Positions 1 to 10,582 of a stretch of DNA of 64,000 nt are shown here, piece after piece; the stretch's first letter is position 1, and the number at the start of each line of letters is the position of its first letter. Location of the stretch: contig CAKKNE010000005.1 in assembly GCA_918797485.1 (NCBI GenBank), positions 2,852,001-2,916,000 of the forward strand, in the 5' to 3' direction. The notes below the pieces were generated by a model that had not been told where the DNA came from, did no database searches, and saw only the letters and a list, made by a program, of their open reading frames with translations. The stretch comes from Pelagomonas calceolata. Taxonomy: Eukaryota. The translations under genes and the position numbers were made by a program.

Positions 1-237
1 AGCAGGAGCTGCGCGTCGTCGGCCGCGATTGCCTCGAGCCGCGGCCTGAGCTGCTTCGGCACGAGATCGGCAGGAGCAATCCAGCGCCCGAAGGCACCGA
101 CGTGAACTACGTCGCACTTCGCTACCGACGCGATACCCAGAGACGCGTGCCACTCGACTGTCGGCGACAGCCAGAGGCCGTCGGCGCGGGCTCGGTGGTC
201 CTTGAGCTCCGCCAGCGACGGCACACATTGCACCATG
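1..237 (-). CDS. Possible 5' part of a hypothetical protein running off the window edge
   Basis: Minus-strand ATG near 237 opens MVQCVPSLAELKDHRARADGLWLSP... with no stop before base 1; no recognisable domain. Confidence 0.3.
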
Positions 238-986
238 ACCGCTGCCGTTGCGACTAGTGCACAGAGCATCCATATTCGAGGAATGCCGCGGCGCGGACGC
301 ACGATGTTGCCTTGGCCGTCCACGTAGACCATTGCTTTTTTTCCTGCAGTTCTGTACAGCACACTGCCACACTGCCTCCTTAATGCAAGCCAAAGACGCC
401 GTACAGATGCGTTTTTTTTTCTTTCAGCAGCTCGGCGTGGCTAACGCGCGACTACTGCGTAACGGCTGTAGCGAAAGTGTATCGATGCTGCGCGTACGGC
501 AGCCAAAACCGCTGAAAAACAAAATCAGCTAGCGCCTCTGTAAGACACTAGCCAGCAAACTCGGAACGCGCATGCAGCTGTTTGAGTACCGTTCCGTTCG
601 CTACTAGTCCAAGGAGATCAATGGGACACGTACTGGGGGCCAAAAATAGTTTCGCGGTGCGGAGGCGGACGAGGCCACAGGGCGGCCGCACCGGTGTAAT
701 CCTGTCAATCCCCGCCGAAGAGGTGCCCCTGGGGTCGCCTAGGGTCGGTACTATACACGTGCAAGCGCCTACGTCGCATACGCCGCCGCTTCGAGCATTT
801 TTGGCCGAATTCTCTCAACAAGTCGGCCAACAAAAGCATGAATGGCGTGGCAATTGGTTCCAGAGCTCTCGGGGACCACTAGGCCGCCGCATCGACGGCG
901 TATGCGGTACAGGCGACTACCCACTACCAGACCTACCTCGAGAGGCCTCCAGGAGCCGATCTACCACCACAAAAAGTGTGTAATTT

Positions 987-1505
987 GGACCCTGCTACTT
1001 ACATAACGCTACGACATACTCTTGCTAGGTTATGGGCCCACAGGGTTCTGCCTATTGACGTAGAGTGTTTTACAGTGAATGCCTAAACAAGGAAAAACAC
1101 CCAAAAAGAAATCTAAAGAGAAAACACCCCAAAAGAGCGGAGAAAGTGAATATCCAGCGATGGATCAAGAAGAACTTAACCGGCTCGTACAAAACGCAAT
1201 GGGGCTCCTCTCCAGAGACATACCTGATCCTCTTCCTGGAGAAAAACCAATCGTCAACATGTCTGCCTTGCCTGTAACACTAAACAAGGACACAAGGCAA
1301 GAATGTTTCATCGGCGCTACCACTGTGGGTACCCTAGATATGTATCTCCCACTCTCTAATATTTGAGTCTATACATCGAGTGTCAAAAGCACTACGGTGT
1401 AACAACAGTTCACTATAAAACACTCTCGCAGTCAGGCCTATCAGCTCTAAGCTGGTTAGCCAGGACCTTGCTACTTACATAACGCTACGACATACTCTTG
1501 CTAGG
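987..1505. repeat. 43-bp direct repeat pair (987-1029 and 1463-1505) flanking a lower-GC segment
   Basis: GGACC(C/T)TGCTACTTACATAACGCTACGACATACTCTTGCTAGG occurs twice with one mismatch. Confidence 0.9.
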
Positions 1506-1513
1506 AATCCGTG

Positions 1514-1532
1514 TATATATATATATATATAT
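1514..1532. repeat. (TA)n microsatellite
   Basis: Run of tatata... Confidence 0.9.
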
Positions 1533-1641
1533 GTATAAATACATACATATAGTATAAATGTATACAGGCCTAGGCGGATGGCTATTGAAAACAGACCTCT
1601 CCGACTGACCCCCGAATAGTGAAGTTCAGAGCTTAATTCCC

Positions 1642-1690
1642 GCTCCGGACGCGGGCGACGCTTTTAGCTCCGGACGCGGGCGACGCTTTA
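1642..1690. repeat. Two-copy ~25-bp tandem repeat
   Basis: GCTCCGGACGCGGGCGACGCTTT(T)A twice in tandem. Confidence 0.85.
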
Positions 1691-1698
1691 GAAATAAA

Positions 1699-2541
1699 CT
1701 AGCTATTTTCTTTAGGCATCTGGAAAGGCGACGCCGGCGGCGCGGCCACCGGCTCAGGCTTCGGCGGCGCCGTGAAGGGCGCGGCGGCGGCGGCACCCTT
1801 CTTCTTTTTGGATGCGCTACCTGACGGCGACGCGGCCTCACCCTTCTTCTTTTTGGGCGGCCGCTTGCGCTTCGCCGGCGCCGGGCCGTTGACCGCCGCC
1901 TTCTGCCCGGCATTGGGGTTGAGCATGGCGTCGTGGGCCGCGTGATGACTATTCTGCTTCGCCAGATGGATCGGCGTGAGCTCCGCCTTGTCCTTGCCAT
2001 GTTTATCGGCCCCTGCTTTTAGCAGTTCTCGGACGCAGTCCGCGTGGCCCCGCGCCGCGGCGTCGTGTAATGCGGTCCATCCATATGAATCTCGCGCATG
2101 TATATCCGCACCAGCGGCCACCAAAACGCGGATCGCGTCCGCGCGGCCGTTCGCGGCCGCGTTGTGCAGCGGCCGCCAGCCGTGCGCGTTCTGACACGAC
2201 GTCGAGGCGCCCTTCTTCAGGGCGTCGCGTACCTTTGGGAGGTCGCCTCCTCGACAAGCGACGCAGAGCTGCGCGTCGACGGCGGCTTGTTGGGCTTCCG
2301 TGAGCACGGGCTTGGGCGGTTCTGGTGGTGGTGCCGGCGGCGCGGCCGGCGGCGCGGCCGGCGGCGCGGCCGGTGGTGCGGGCACCGCGGGCGCCGCGGG
2401 CGGCAGGTTCGCGGGCGACAGGGGCGGGCTCGCGTAGAGGCCCGGCACGGCGACGGCGAGGCCCCAGGGCTGGCCCGCGGCGGCGGCGGCCGCGGCGACC
2501 TCCGCGGGGCGCCGCATGTCGTCGCCGGGGAAGGGGTTCAT
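1699..2541 (-). CDS. Ankyrin-repeat protein
   Basis: GWRPLHNAAANG, GWTALHDAAARG and ELTPIHLA ankyrin motifs; Pro-rich and Lys-rich flanks. Confidence 0.85.
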   Translation of the reverse strand: MNPFPGDDMRRPAEVAAAAAAAGQPWGLAVAVPGLYASPPLSPANLPPAAPAVPAPPAAPPAAPPAAPPAPPPEPPKPVLTEAQQAAVDAQLCVACRGGDLPKVRDALKKGASTSCQNAHGWRPLHNAAANGRADAIRVLVAAGADIHARDSYGWTALHDAAARGHADCVRELLKAGADKHGKDKAELTPIHLAKQNSHHAAHDAMLNPNAGQKAAVNGPAPAKRKRPPKKKKGEAASPSGSASKKKKGAAAAAPFTAPPKPEPVAAPPASPFQMPKENS

Positions 2542-3039
2542 TTTTTGTGTTCCTTCGTTCTAGCGCGCTGCTTCCCTTTGCTCTATCGCGCTGCGCGCCG
2601 CCGCAAAAGCACTCAGGAGGCAGCGATGGCCAATTTTGGCCCTTTACGGCACAACGCCGGGCGCTCCAAGCAGATCAGCAGGCTGTAGCTGTGCTCGGCG
2701 ATCTCCTATGAATCCCGCAGAACTGTAACCGCGAAGGTCTCGCAAAGCTAGCTGCGGCGTTGCTAGCTAGCGTATAAGCTTGCTAGCATTCGACGCAACT
2801 TTTGCTCTTCGCCTGGTTCTGCCCACCCGAGAGACGCCAGAGCACAGTCGAAGTTACAAACTATCCACTACTACCACAGCTGCCGGGTCCTGCCCAAGAA
2901 GACTCGGCTGAAAGCTGCACAAGACACGAACACATACGTACTACTGCTGCCCGTGTTCGTGACCGCCGACTACTGGTGCCCACACAATTCCGAGACGCTA
3001 CTGGTGCCCACACAACCCAGAGACACCGTGCCACTACTC

Positions 3040-4086
3040 ATGAAACCCACAACAGTCCTAGCCGCCGGTGCCGGCGCCGGCGCCGCGGTGCTCGCCATCC
3101 GACAATTGGAAAGATGGTGCGACCGCGACGAATGCTGGTTAGCTCTAGCAGACCGCATCCGCCGCTCGCTGCCGCCGCCGCCGCAGTCGTCCTTCCGCGT
3201 CGTCGCCGTGGTGGCGCTGGGGTCGCGGCTGCGAGGGGAATACGTTGTGGGCACTAATATCGAGGCGGGCAATCTGCACAACAGCGTCTGCGCCGAGCGC
3301 GTGGCGTTCGGCGCGCTGCAGCTCTACGGCGTCCGGCGGCCGGGGGCGGTGCGCTGCATCTACATCGTCACGGACGCGCCCCAACCAATATCACCCGGGG
3401 CGCTCTGCCGCGAGTTCATGTACTCGAGCCCGTTCTGCACGCCGGCGACGCGCGTCCTCTCCGCGACGCCGGACCTCGGCCAGCGCCTCGACGTGACGCT
3501 CGCGGAGCTTTTGCCGCGCGCGTCGCCCTATTGTAGGTTGGGCGCCGCTGATCAGCGCAAGTGGGCCAAGGCGACGACGCTGCAGACGCTGCCGTCCGGG
3601 AGCGCCGCGGCGATGGCCTACGCGGCAGCAAAACGCGCGTCTTCGGGCGACGACCGCGACGACCTCCACCCGACGAGGTATGGGGTTGCGTGCGCGTTCG
3701 ACGACGGCACGGTGGCGACGGCCGTCCAGCGCAAGGCCCTGGAGTACGGCTGCTCGCTGGACCCGGTCGGCCAGCTCGCCCCGGAGCTCGCCAAGAAACG
3801 CCGCGACGGCGTGCGGCCCATCGTCGTCGCGCTCGTCGACGACCTCGGCGTGGCGCACGCGCCGTTCGCCTCGGGGCGCGCGTTCCTCGCCGAGCACGGC
3901 TACGGCGCCACGGACGTGCTGTGCCACGACGGCGACGGCGCCCTCCACGTCGTCGAGGCGCTCGAGCTCATGCCTTTCGTGCCTGATTTCACGGATCACT
4001 TCCGCGAGACCATCCCGAAGAGCCCGACGCGGTCCATGGGCAAGTCGTTTCGCCCGGTCAGTCCGAACAATGGGCACGCGCCGTGA
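3040..4086 (+). CDS. Cytidine deaminase-like protein with two deaminase-fold domains
   Basis: GTNIE...SVCAERVA and ISPGALCREF motifs; second degenerate domain (YGVACAFDDG, ALEYGCSLDP); first ATG at 3040. Confidence 0.8.
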   Translation: MKPTTVLAAGAGAGAAVLAIRQLERWCDRDECWLALADRIRRSLPPPPQSSFRVVAVVALGSRLRGEYVVGTNIEAGNLHNSVCAERVAFGALQLYGVRRPGAVRCIYIVTDAPQPISPGALCREFMYSSPFCTPATRVLSATPDLGQRLDVTLAELLPRASPYCRLGAADQRKWAKATTLQTLPSGSAAAMAYAAAKRASSGDDRDDLHPTRYGVACAFDDGTVATAVQRKALEYGCSLDPVGQLAPELAKKRRDGVRPIVVALVDDLGVAHAPFASGRAFLAEHGYGATDVLCHDGDGALHVVEALELMPFVPDFTDHFRETIPKSPTRSMGKSFRPVSPNNGHAP

Positions 4087-4872
4087 ACTCCCCGCCCGAC
4101 GTCGGCCCGTCGCGCGTTCGAAATTTTGTAAATATTCGTGTGAATAACGTTCTTGCTGTTGCTCTCCAGACGGGTTGGCACAAAGCCAAGCGCGGCTTCC
4201 AGTAAGCTAGCGGCCTGTAAGACACTAGCCATCCCAGCAAGCTTGCCGGAGCCACAACCCTGAGGACTCAGTTAAGCCCTTCTATCCCTCTTGGTTCTTA
4301 GCGGACAACCCCTACGTGCCAGGGATAACGCCACCGAGCAATCGTAACCGCGAGACTTGCGGCAAAAGCCACAGGAGGTCCGGGAGGTCGACCGCGAGCA
4401 GGGTATTTGTCAAATTAAGCCGCAGTACCAAATCGTGGAAGTATTCAACCTCCCGATCCTATTTTGCTTCGGGCTCATGGCGCGGTTGCTCGCCCTCGCA
4501 TTATTGCGGTTCACGGCTCTGCGCGCATCAGTGCGCGAATCACATTTCACGCAAACGCGAGATCACTTATTGACGGGCACACAGGCACAAGCGGGGCGAG
4601 GTTCCTCTCCGGTCCCGCATTATTGGTCTTTGCTGTTGCTGCTGCCGGGGACGGAACAGGGACACGCCCCTCGCGCGGTGGGCGTCGACGCCGTCGTTCC
4701 TCACCGGGTCGCTCTCCACGAATAATACGCCGTCCATGGACAATGAGCGCGAGCCGGACAGTCCGACCACGGAGCAGCCGAGAGCCACGAATTTCGACTC
4801 CGTCCCCTCTATCCCCTCTGACCTTTTCTAACTGATTGTTTATGGTACACTTACAAACAACACACATGGGCG

Positions 4873-5994
4873 CTACCGCTCGCCGTCCCAGTACTCGCGC
4901 TCGCGCGCCATGAGCGCCTCGACGGCACTCTCGGGCAAACGCGCGGACGGTTCGCCGCGCATGTCGGCGCCGAGCCAGTAGAGCGGCCCGTAGGACGCAT
5001 ATAATTCATCACCCGCGGCGATCGGCCGCGAGGCGACGACGAGGGCCCGCCGCTCGCTGGGCCGCTTGTCGAACGACACGTTGTGGACGCGCTTGTCGCG
5101 ACAGTCGTTGATGTAGCGCGCGTGGACTTCGTAGTGCGTCCGCGCGTCTACGAACACGCCCGCGCCGAGGCGCATGAGGTAGGACTTGTCCTCCAGGCTC
5201 CGCGCCGCACTGTCGAGCACGGTGCCCGTGTACTCGCACACGAGCTCCCCTACTGCGAACGCGCGCACGGCAAAGAGGCCGAGGCCCGCGCCCGGCAGGC
5301 GCGACGTCTGTACAACAACGTCGGCGTTGGGCGGCGGCGGCGGGCGTGGCGGGGGCGGTGTCGCCGGCTCGTCGCCGCCGCCAGTCGCCTCGCTCGTCGA
5401 AACCACCCGCAGCCGTTCGTGCGATGCGCGCGCGAGGAGCGCCGACCGCTCCGGCGCGCCCGCGCCGTCGCGTGGCCGCCGACTCACCTCGTACAGCACG
5501 AACGCCGCAGCCGAGGCCTCGAACTCGCGCAGCGCCACTGGCCCACCCCCGAGGCAGAGGCACTCCGTCGCGCGCGTCGCGCGCAACGCCGACACGCCAA
5601 GGAAGGCCCAGCGGCACGCCACGTCGTCCGGCGGCTCCTCCACGACGTAGCCGCGGATCGCCAGGTTCTCCGGGCCCCACGCTTTACGGAAGGCCGCCTC
5701 GTCGGCCGCGTAGCAGAACGCGATCAAGCCACAGCCTAGAGACGCGCAGCGCCGTAGCAGCCGCGTGAAGCTCTCGTCCGCGGGCGCGTCGCCGTCCCAC
5801 GCGACGCAGAGAGAGGGTCTGCTTCTTTTGTGCGCCGCGACGGCGTCGATCAACGCGTCCGCCTGCCGCGCCGTCGCGGCGTCGGCGAAATCCAGCCGGG
5901 CCGCAAAGCCCTTGAGGTGTATGACGTCCCTGTCGTCGCACTCAGCTGCTGGTTTGAAGGGCGCGATCATTGCTGGTGCTTCCATGGCTGCCAT
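4873..5994 (-). CDS. SET-domain protein with an unassigned N-terminal domain
   Basis: GAGLGLFA..GELVCEYTG, ARYIND and IAAGDELYASYG motifs. Confidence 0.8.
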   Translation of the reverse strand: MAAMEAPAMIAPFKPAAECDDRDVIHLKGFAARLDFADAATARQADALIDAVAAHKRSRPSLCVAWDGDAPADESFTRLLRRCASLGCGLIAFCYAADEAAFRKAWGPENLAIRGYVVEEPPDDVACRWAFLGVSALRATRATECLCLGGGPVALREFEASAAAFVLYEVSRRPRDGAGAPERSALLARASHERLRVVSTSEATGGGDEPATPPPPRPPPPPNADVVVQTSRLPGAGLGLFAVRAFAVGELVCEYTGTVLDSAARSLEDKSYLMRLGAGVFVDARTHYEVHARYINDCRDKRVHNVSFDKRPSERRALVVASRPIAAGDELYASYGPLYWLGADMRGEPSARLPESAVEALMAREREYWDGER

Positions 5995-6364
5995 GCTGCT
6001 GTCTTTATGAGTCGGGCGGCGCGACCGGTGGCCGGTTCTCCCGCGATTAATTCTGATAAATACCGAGCCGCACGCAGGAATACTGATTTGCGTTGCGACC
6101 AGCACACAGCGGCGTGTTGTGCATGCAGGCCTTGGCTCTGCAGCCCAGATTATTGTGCTGCTCAGCCAGCGCGAAGCAGCGAGTACGACAGGTGCGCGGC
6201 CTACACGCGTACTCGCAAACGCAACGACTGCGCGCTGCGAGCGTCCTTGCGCCGCGCGCTACTTGCCTCGCACACTGCTGTGGGCCTGCCACTCACTGGA
6301 CATCCACTGCACAGCATCTCTACGCAGTACGCGCGCGCACGCCCGCAGTCATCCTCGAACAACC

Positions 6365-7084
6365 ATGTTCGCGCGCGTCGCGGCACGCGTGAGCCGTGCG
6401 TGCGCCATGAATGACTCGCTCGTCGCGTCCGGCGCCGTCGACACGAAACTGATGTGGCAAATACCAAGACTTGCGCTGGCGCTGCAGTGCTCGATCCCGC
6501 CGCTCGACGCGCCACGGTTCAAAGACTTTGACTACGCCGAATTTGTCGAAGGTGCCGCGCACGCCTATGCCGTTTTGAACGAGGTCGTCTATCGGAAGCA
6601 GACTGAGGACGACGCCGAACTGCTCTCGAAGACGTGCACGCCTCAAATAGCGCGCGTGCTCGCGCATACGGCGAACGAGCTCCACGCTGGCGACGCGCCG
6701 ATGACGCTCGAGGCCTCGACCCTCGCACGGAGGAGTCTCCACGCTTGTGTTGCGGACGTTTTTGCGTCAGAGAGGGAGCGCGACTTGGAGCACACGCTAC
6801 GAGGCTACGACGACGAGCTCCACGCCCTCGACGCGACGGAGCGGGAGAAGCGGATCGGCGACATCGCCACCGAGCTCTTCGAGCTGCGCAAAGCGCGCGA
6901 GGAGAGTCCAAGCTCGGAGGAGGAGGTCGTGTCGGCGGAGTTCGACGTATTGTTCGAGAGCCACGAGAAGATGGCGATCGACATCGCGGGCCAGAGCCTC
7001 GTGGTCGAGAAGAAGCAGCTCTCGACGTGGCGCTTCCTGTCGCCCCTCGACGAGCCCGAGTGGCGGGTCTGCAAGATATTCTAA
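6365..7084 (+). CDS. Putative mitochondrial Tim44-like domain protein
   Basis: Arg-rich MFARVAARVSR presequence; EFVEGAAHAY and C-terminal WRF..PEWRV..I pattern. Confidence 0.5.
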   Translation: MFARVAARVSRACAMNDSLVASGAVDTKLMWQIPRLALALQCSIPPLDAPRFKDFDYAEFVEGAAHAYAVLNEVVYRKQTEDDAELLSKTCTPQIARVLAHTANELHAGDAPMTLEASTLARRSLHACVADVFASERERDLEHTLRGYDDELHALDATEREKRIGDIATELFELRKAREESPSSEEEVVSAEFDVLFESHEKMAIDIAGQSLVVEKKQLSTWRFLSPLDEPEWRVCKIF

Positions 7085-7121
7085 CTGTGTAACACATCAC
7101 TTATGTACGCCACCGATCGAT

Positions 7122-8939
7122 CTAAATCGACATCATCAGCGGTTTCTGATCATCGGTCGTAGACGCCTGGTAAGGCTCGGAAGCGACGACGCGCGTCGCC
7201 CGGACCGGCGTCGGATCGAGCAGCGAGGGCGGCCCCTGCCAGAGCGTCTGCAAGGTACCATCCCGCTGCGCCGCGTGCAGGAAGGGCCCCAGCGTGCAGG
7301 GCACCAAATAGAGCAAAGCGGGCTGGCCCTGGGCGAAGTAGGCCACGGCGACGTTCGCCATGGCCAGCCCGACGGCGTAGCCGCAGACCATGAGCGGGAA
7401 GTATCTTCTCTGTAGCGCGCAGGCGTCGCAGCGCGCCGCGAAGGCTACCAACAACCCAGGCAGAACGATGTCGCCCAAGCCTAGCATCGTGTATCCACTA
7501 AGACCATCGAATCGAGGGAGTAGTAATAACATGGGCAACGACTGGGACTGGCAATCTTTGTCGTCGGGGTACTTCTCGCAGTAGTCCGCGTCTTTCGTAG
7601 GGGCTTTTCCTGTGGCCACTCGCACCATGACGCTTTCCCCGAACAGGTGCGGAGATATGAAGACGAAGAAGATGTCGTAGCAGAAAGCCATACACAATAA
7701 TAAGGACGCTACTCTCAGTGAAGACAGCTTGATGACACTCAAAAAGAGGACGCACAGACAAATCCCAAATAAATCTTGAAATAACCAGGCATATGAAGCA
7801 TTCTGGACACACAACCACCAGACCGCTATGGTCACGCCGCAAATGCCGGAGATGAGATCCAACAGAGCTACCTCACCTATTCTAGGTAAATCCACCGTAT
7901 ATCTAGAAGAGAGGCACTTCTTCAGCAAGGGCCGCCAGACGACCGCGGCTGACGTCGACGCCGCCGAGACCGCATACATGAAGACCACGATCATGTGCAG
8001 GTCGAAGAAGAACAACACGACCAGCGCCATCGACGCGATGACGATGAAACCCACCGCATGCAAAGGTGTCAGGTCGAAGGAGGGCTCGTCTTCGTCGTCG
8101 GTCTCCTCGATCGCAGCGGGTTGGTGCGTCGGCAGCCGCCGTTTTTTTCTCACGTCATCGCAAGATTTATGGGAAGCGTAGGCACACGTACACACCCCAA
8201 GTAACCAGATCAGGACGCCGGACCAGGACAGGAAGCCCTCCTGGTTGTCGTCCCATAACTGTGAAGGTAGGGCGTTCGGCGCCGGCATCTGTAACAAAGG
8301 TGATGCTCTTAAAACATCAGCGTCTCTCATACTAATGAAGACCGCGTCCACGTTCAAAGTCGGATCGCCGGACATGGTCGTGTACGTGTCCCAGGCGCAG
8401 CAGATCTCGTTCGTACTCCCGATCTTCTTGCCCGTGAGCAAGCACCTCCCGGAATCGCACTCCGAAGCACAAGGGGAGCTACGGAAGCCGTCCATCTTCT
8501 CGTCCTTCGTGAATTTTGACACGACACCTGAACCGCGAGAACAGTCGTAGTCGTACTTGTCCGTGGCATAAGTTCTATTCCTATATATACCTTCGATCGT
8601 ATTGTAGACGACGACCGCTCTCAGTCCAGCTCGCGCGGCGGCCTGGACCCGATCGCTAAAGGTGCAGTTCGGCGATCGCGCGGCCAACACGGCGACGCCG
8701 TCCCTTCGTACAGACGCGCTCGGCCACTTCGCGACCCCCGGGTCGCAGCCATCCGCTAGGCCGCCGGCCCATCTTAAGGTTACATGCAAGGCTTGCGCTT
8801 TTGACGGGGGCAAGAGGGAGCCGAGCGCGGCCGGGGCTACCGCGAGCGTCGCGCCGCCTTCTAATTTTAAGGTGGCCGTGGGGATGGCTGCTTGCGCGTT
8901 CCACGCCAGGGCGGCGAGGAGGAGCGCTGGCGGGCGCAT
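7122..8939 (-). CDS. Signal peptide peptidase-like (SPPL2-type, A22B) intramembrane protease with PA domain
   Basis: Signal peptide, PA-like region (R..CTFSDRV..A), YDIFFVF, LGLGDIVLPG, GQPALLYLVP. Confidence 0.93.
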   Translation of the reverse strand: MRPPALLLAALAWNAQAAIPTATLKLEGGATLAVAPAALGSLLPPSKAQALHVTLRWAGGLADGCDPGVAKWPSASVRRDGVAVLAARSPNCTFSDRVQAAARAGLRAVVVYNTIEGIYRNRTYATDKYDYDCSRGSGVVSKFTKDEKMDGFRSSPCASECDSGRCLLTGKKIGSTNEICCAWDTYTTMSGDPTLNVDAVFISMRDADVLRASPLLQMPAPNALPSQLWDDNQEGFLSWSGVLIWLLGVCTCAYASHKSCDDVRKKRRLPTHQPAAIEETDDEDEPSFDLTPLHAVGFIVIASMALVVLFFFDLHMIVVFMYAVSAASTSAAVVWRPLLKKCLSSRYTVDLPRIGEVALLDLISGICGVTIAVWWLCVQNASYAWLFQDLFGICLCVLFLSVIKLSSLRVASLLLCMAFCYDIFFVFISPHLFGESVMVRVATGKAPTKDADYCEKYPDDKDCQSQSLPMLLLLPRFDGLSGYTMLGLGDIVLPGLLVAFAARCDACALQRRYFPLMVCGYAVGLAMANVAVAYFAQGQPALLYLVPCTLGPFLHAAQRDGTLQTLWQGPPSLLDPTPVRATRVVASEPYQASTTDDQKPLMMSI

Positions 8940-9438
8940 CGCTGCGAGGGCGTTGCGAGCTGTTCTGCTGCTGCGCGTGCGTGTGGTCGATGTAATCGAT
9001 CGGCTTGGCTGTGGCTGGGCTTGGCTGGAAAGCAGCTTTGCATGTTCCTAGTGCGGCTTCCTAGCGTGCTGGACGCGTCCAAGGAGCCTTTCCGGGGTGT
9101 GGCGTCGCGTCGGCACGTCTCGTACCCGTCGACAGCTGCACGGCATTGCAAAACGCCGAGGCTCTCGGAGCTTGGCAGAGGCGCCCCAGCGCTGGTCTTT
9201 GAGCCGCGCCGACACGCGCAAGCTCGTTTGAACACTGCGGTGTCGCCCATTGCTCGCGCGCGCTGCGATTTTTCATCCGTTCGACGCGTCAGCGCTCGGG
9301 AGGCGCACACCTCTCTGGAACAGGCACTACCTCTCTGGTAAATACGCCGCCGCGGCGCGCGCGCACCGGTTCGCACGTCCGTGATCGCAACTCCCTGAAC
9401 AGCTGCAGTGCCGTCGCGGCGCCTCTGCACTGATAGAG

Positions 9439-10515
9439 ATGGCCTCCGCCGAGCAGATCCGCCGGGCGATTCAGGCCGAGGCGGCGCCCGTGAAAGGCGA
9501 GTGGACGGGTGTCGTGAAAAAAACCAAGCCGGACGGCGTCCCGAAGCCCCGGGGCCGCGCGCCCCTCGGCGCGACCTGGGACTACGACAAGGGCGAGTGG
9601 GTCGGCGGCACGAAACCTGCGCTCAAGAACGCGACCAGCGCGCCGCGCGCGCGCCAGAAGACGCAACGTTTGTCAGATTTGGTCGACGCGGGCAAGACCT
9701 ACGCGAAACCGAAGAAGAACGCGTTATCCGAGGCCCCGACGCCCGAGAAGTCGCCCAAGAAGAAGCGGAGAATAAGACCCAAGGCGTTGAAGCCGCCTCG
9801 GAAAGCCGCGGGCGGCGCGGCGGCGCGGCCCTTTGTTCCCGACGAGGACGGCGAGGACGTGGCCGCGGGCCCGGTGGCGCGGCGGTTCCACGCCGACGAC
9901 GACAGCGAGGATTCGGAAGTCGCGGCCATCACGAACAGATTTCAGCCGCCGAAGCCGCCCAAACGAAAAAAGGAAAAGCGCCGCGGCCCTCCATTAGATT
10001 CGTTGTCCTCACTGCCGCCGCCGGGCACGAAAAAAGCGCCCCAACGCGTCAAGCCGCGGCCTTTCTTGGATACGAAGCGGTGCACGCAGCCGCCCGGGCC
10101 GCGCGTGCCGAAAAAGCGGCCGCCGAAGCCCGACCTCGTCGTCGAGAAGGTCGAGGCGCTTTCTGGTCGAGTCGTCTACGCGACGGACGACGAGAGCGTG
10201 GGCTCGAAGAAGGGCGAGAATTCCGACGACGAAGACGCGCGGTCCACGGGTTCCTTAGATGATTGGATCGTGGCCGACGACGCCTGCGTCGCCGAGGACG
10301 ACGCGGGCTTCTCGGCCGAGGCGCGCTGGGCCACCGAGGGCGCGGGTCTATTGCGCGAGCTCTACGCGCGGCCAAAGGGCACTGGGCGACCGAGGACGCC
10401 GCCGCCCGCGCCGGCCAAGGCCGTGCCGGCGTTCCACGCGTCGCCGGGCGGCGCGACGGCGGCGGCGGTCACGACGAACCCCGCCGCCGCCCCCAAAAAG
10501 TTTGTCGGGTGGTAG
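9439..10515 (+). CDS. Hypothetical Lys/Pro-rich protein
   Basis: 358-aa ATG ORF with typical codon bias; GSLDDWIV motif; no clear domain. Confidence 0.65.
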   Translation: MASAEQIRRAIQAEAAPVKGEWTGVVKKTKPDGVPKPRGRAPLGATWDYDKGEWVGGTKPALKNATSAPRARQKTQRLSDLVDAGKTYAKPKKNALSEAPTPEKSPKKKRRIRPKALKPPRKAAGGAAARPFVPDEDGEDVAAGPVARRFHADDDSEDSEVAAITNRFQPPKPPKRKKEKRRGPPLDSLSSLPPPGTKKAPQRVKPRPFLDTKRCTQPPGPRVPKKRPPKPDLVVEKVEALSGRVVYATDDESVGSKKGENSDDEDARSTGSLDDWIVADDACVAEDDAGFSAEARWATEGAGLLRELYARPKGTGRPRTPPPAPAKAVPAFHASPGGATAAAVTTNPAAAPKKFVGW

Positions 10516-10582
10516 CGCGTGGCGGCGATGGCGTGGTGTGGGCGCCGCCGCTGCGACGGGTAAAGAATTAAGTGTAACACAA

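Noticed and set aside
2970..3015. CTACTGGTGCCCACACAA repeated twice upstream of the deaminase
   Set aside because: Only two copies of a short local duplication; no evidence of function
4316..4867. Short ORFs in the lower-GC gap between the deaminase and SET genes
   Set aside because: No ATG-led ORF with coding bias or a recognisable domain; could be a mobile-element remnant but this is unsupported
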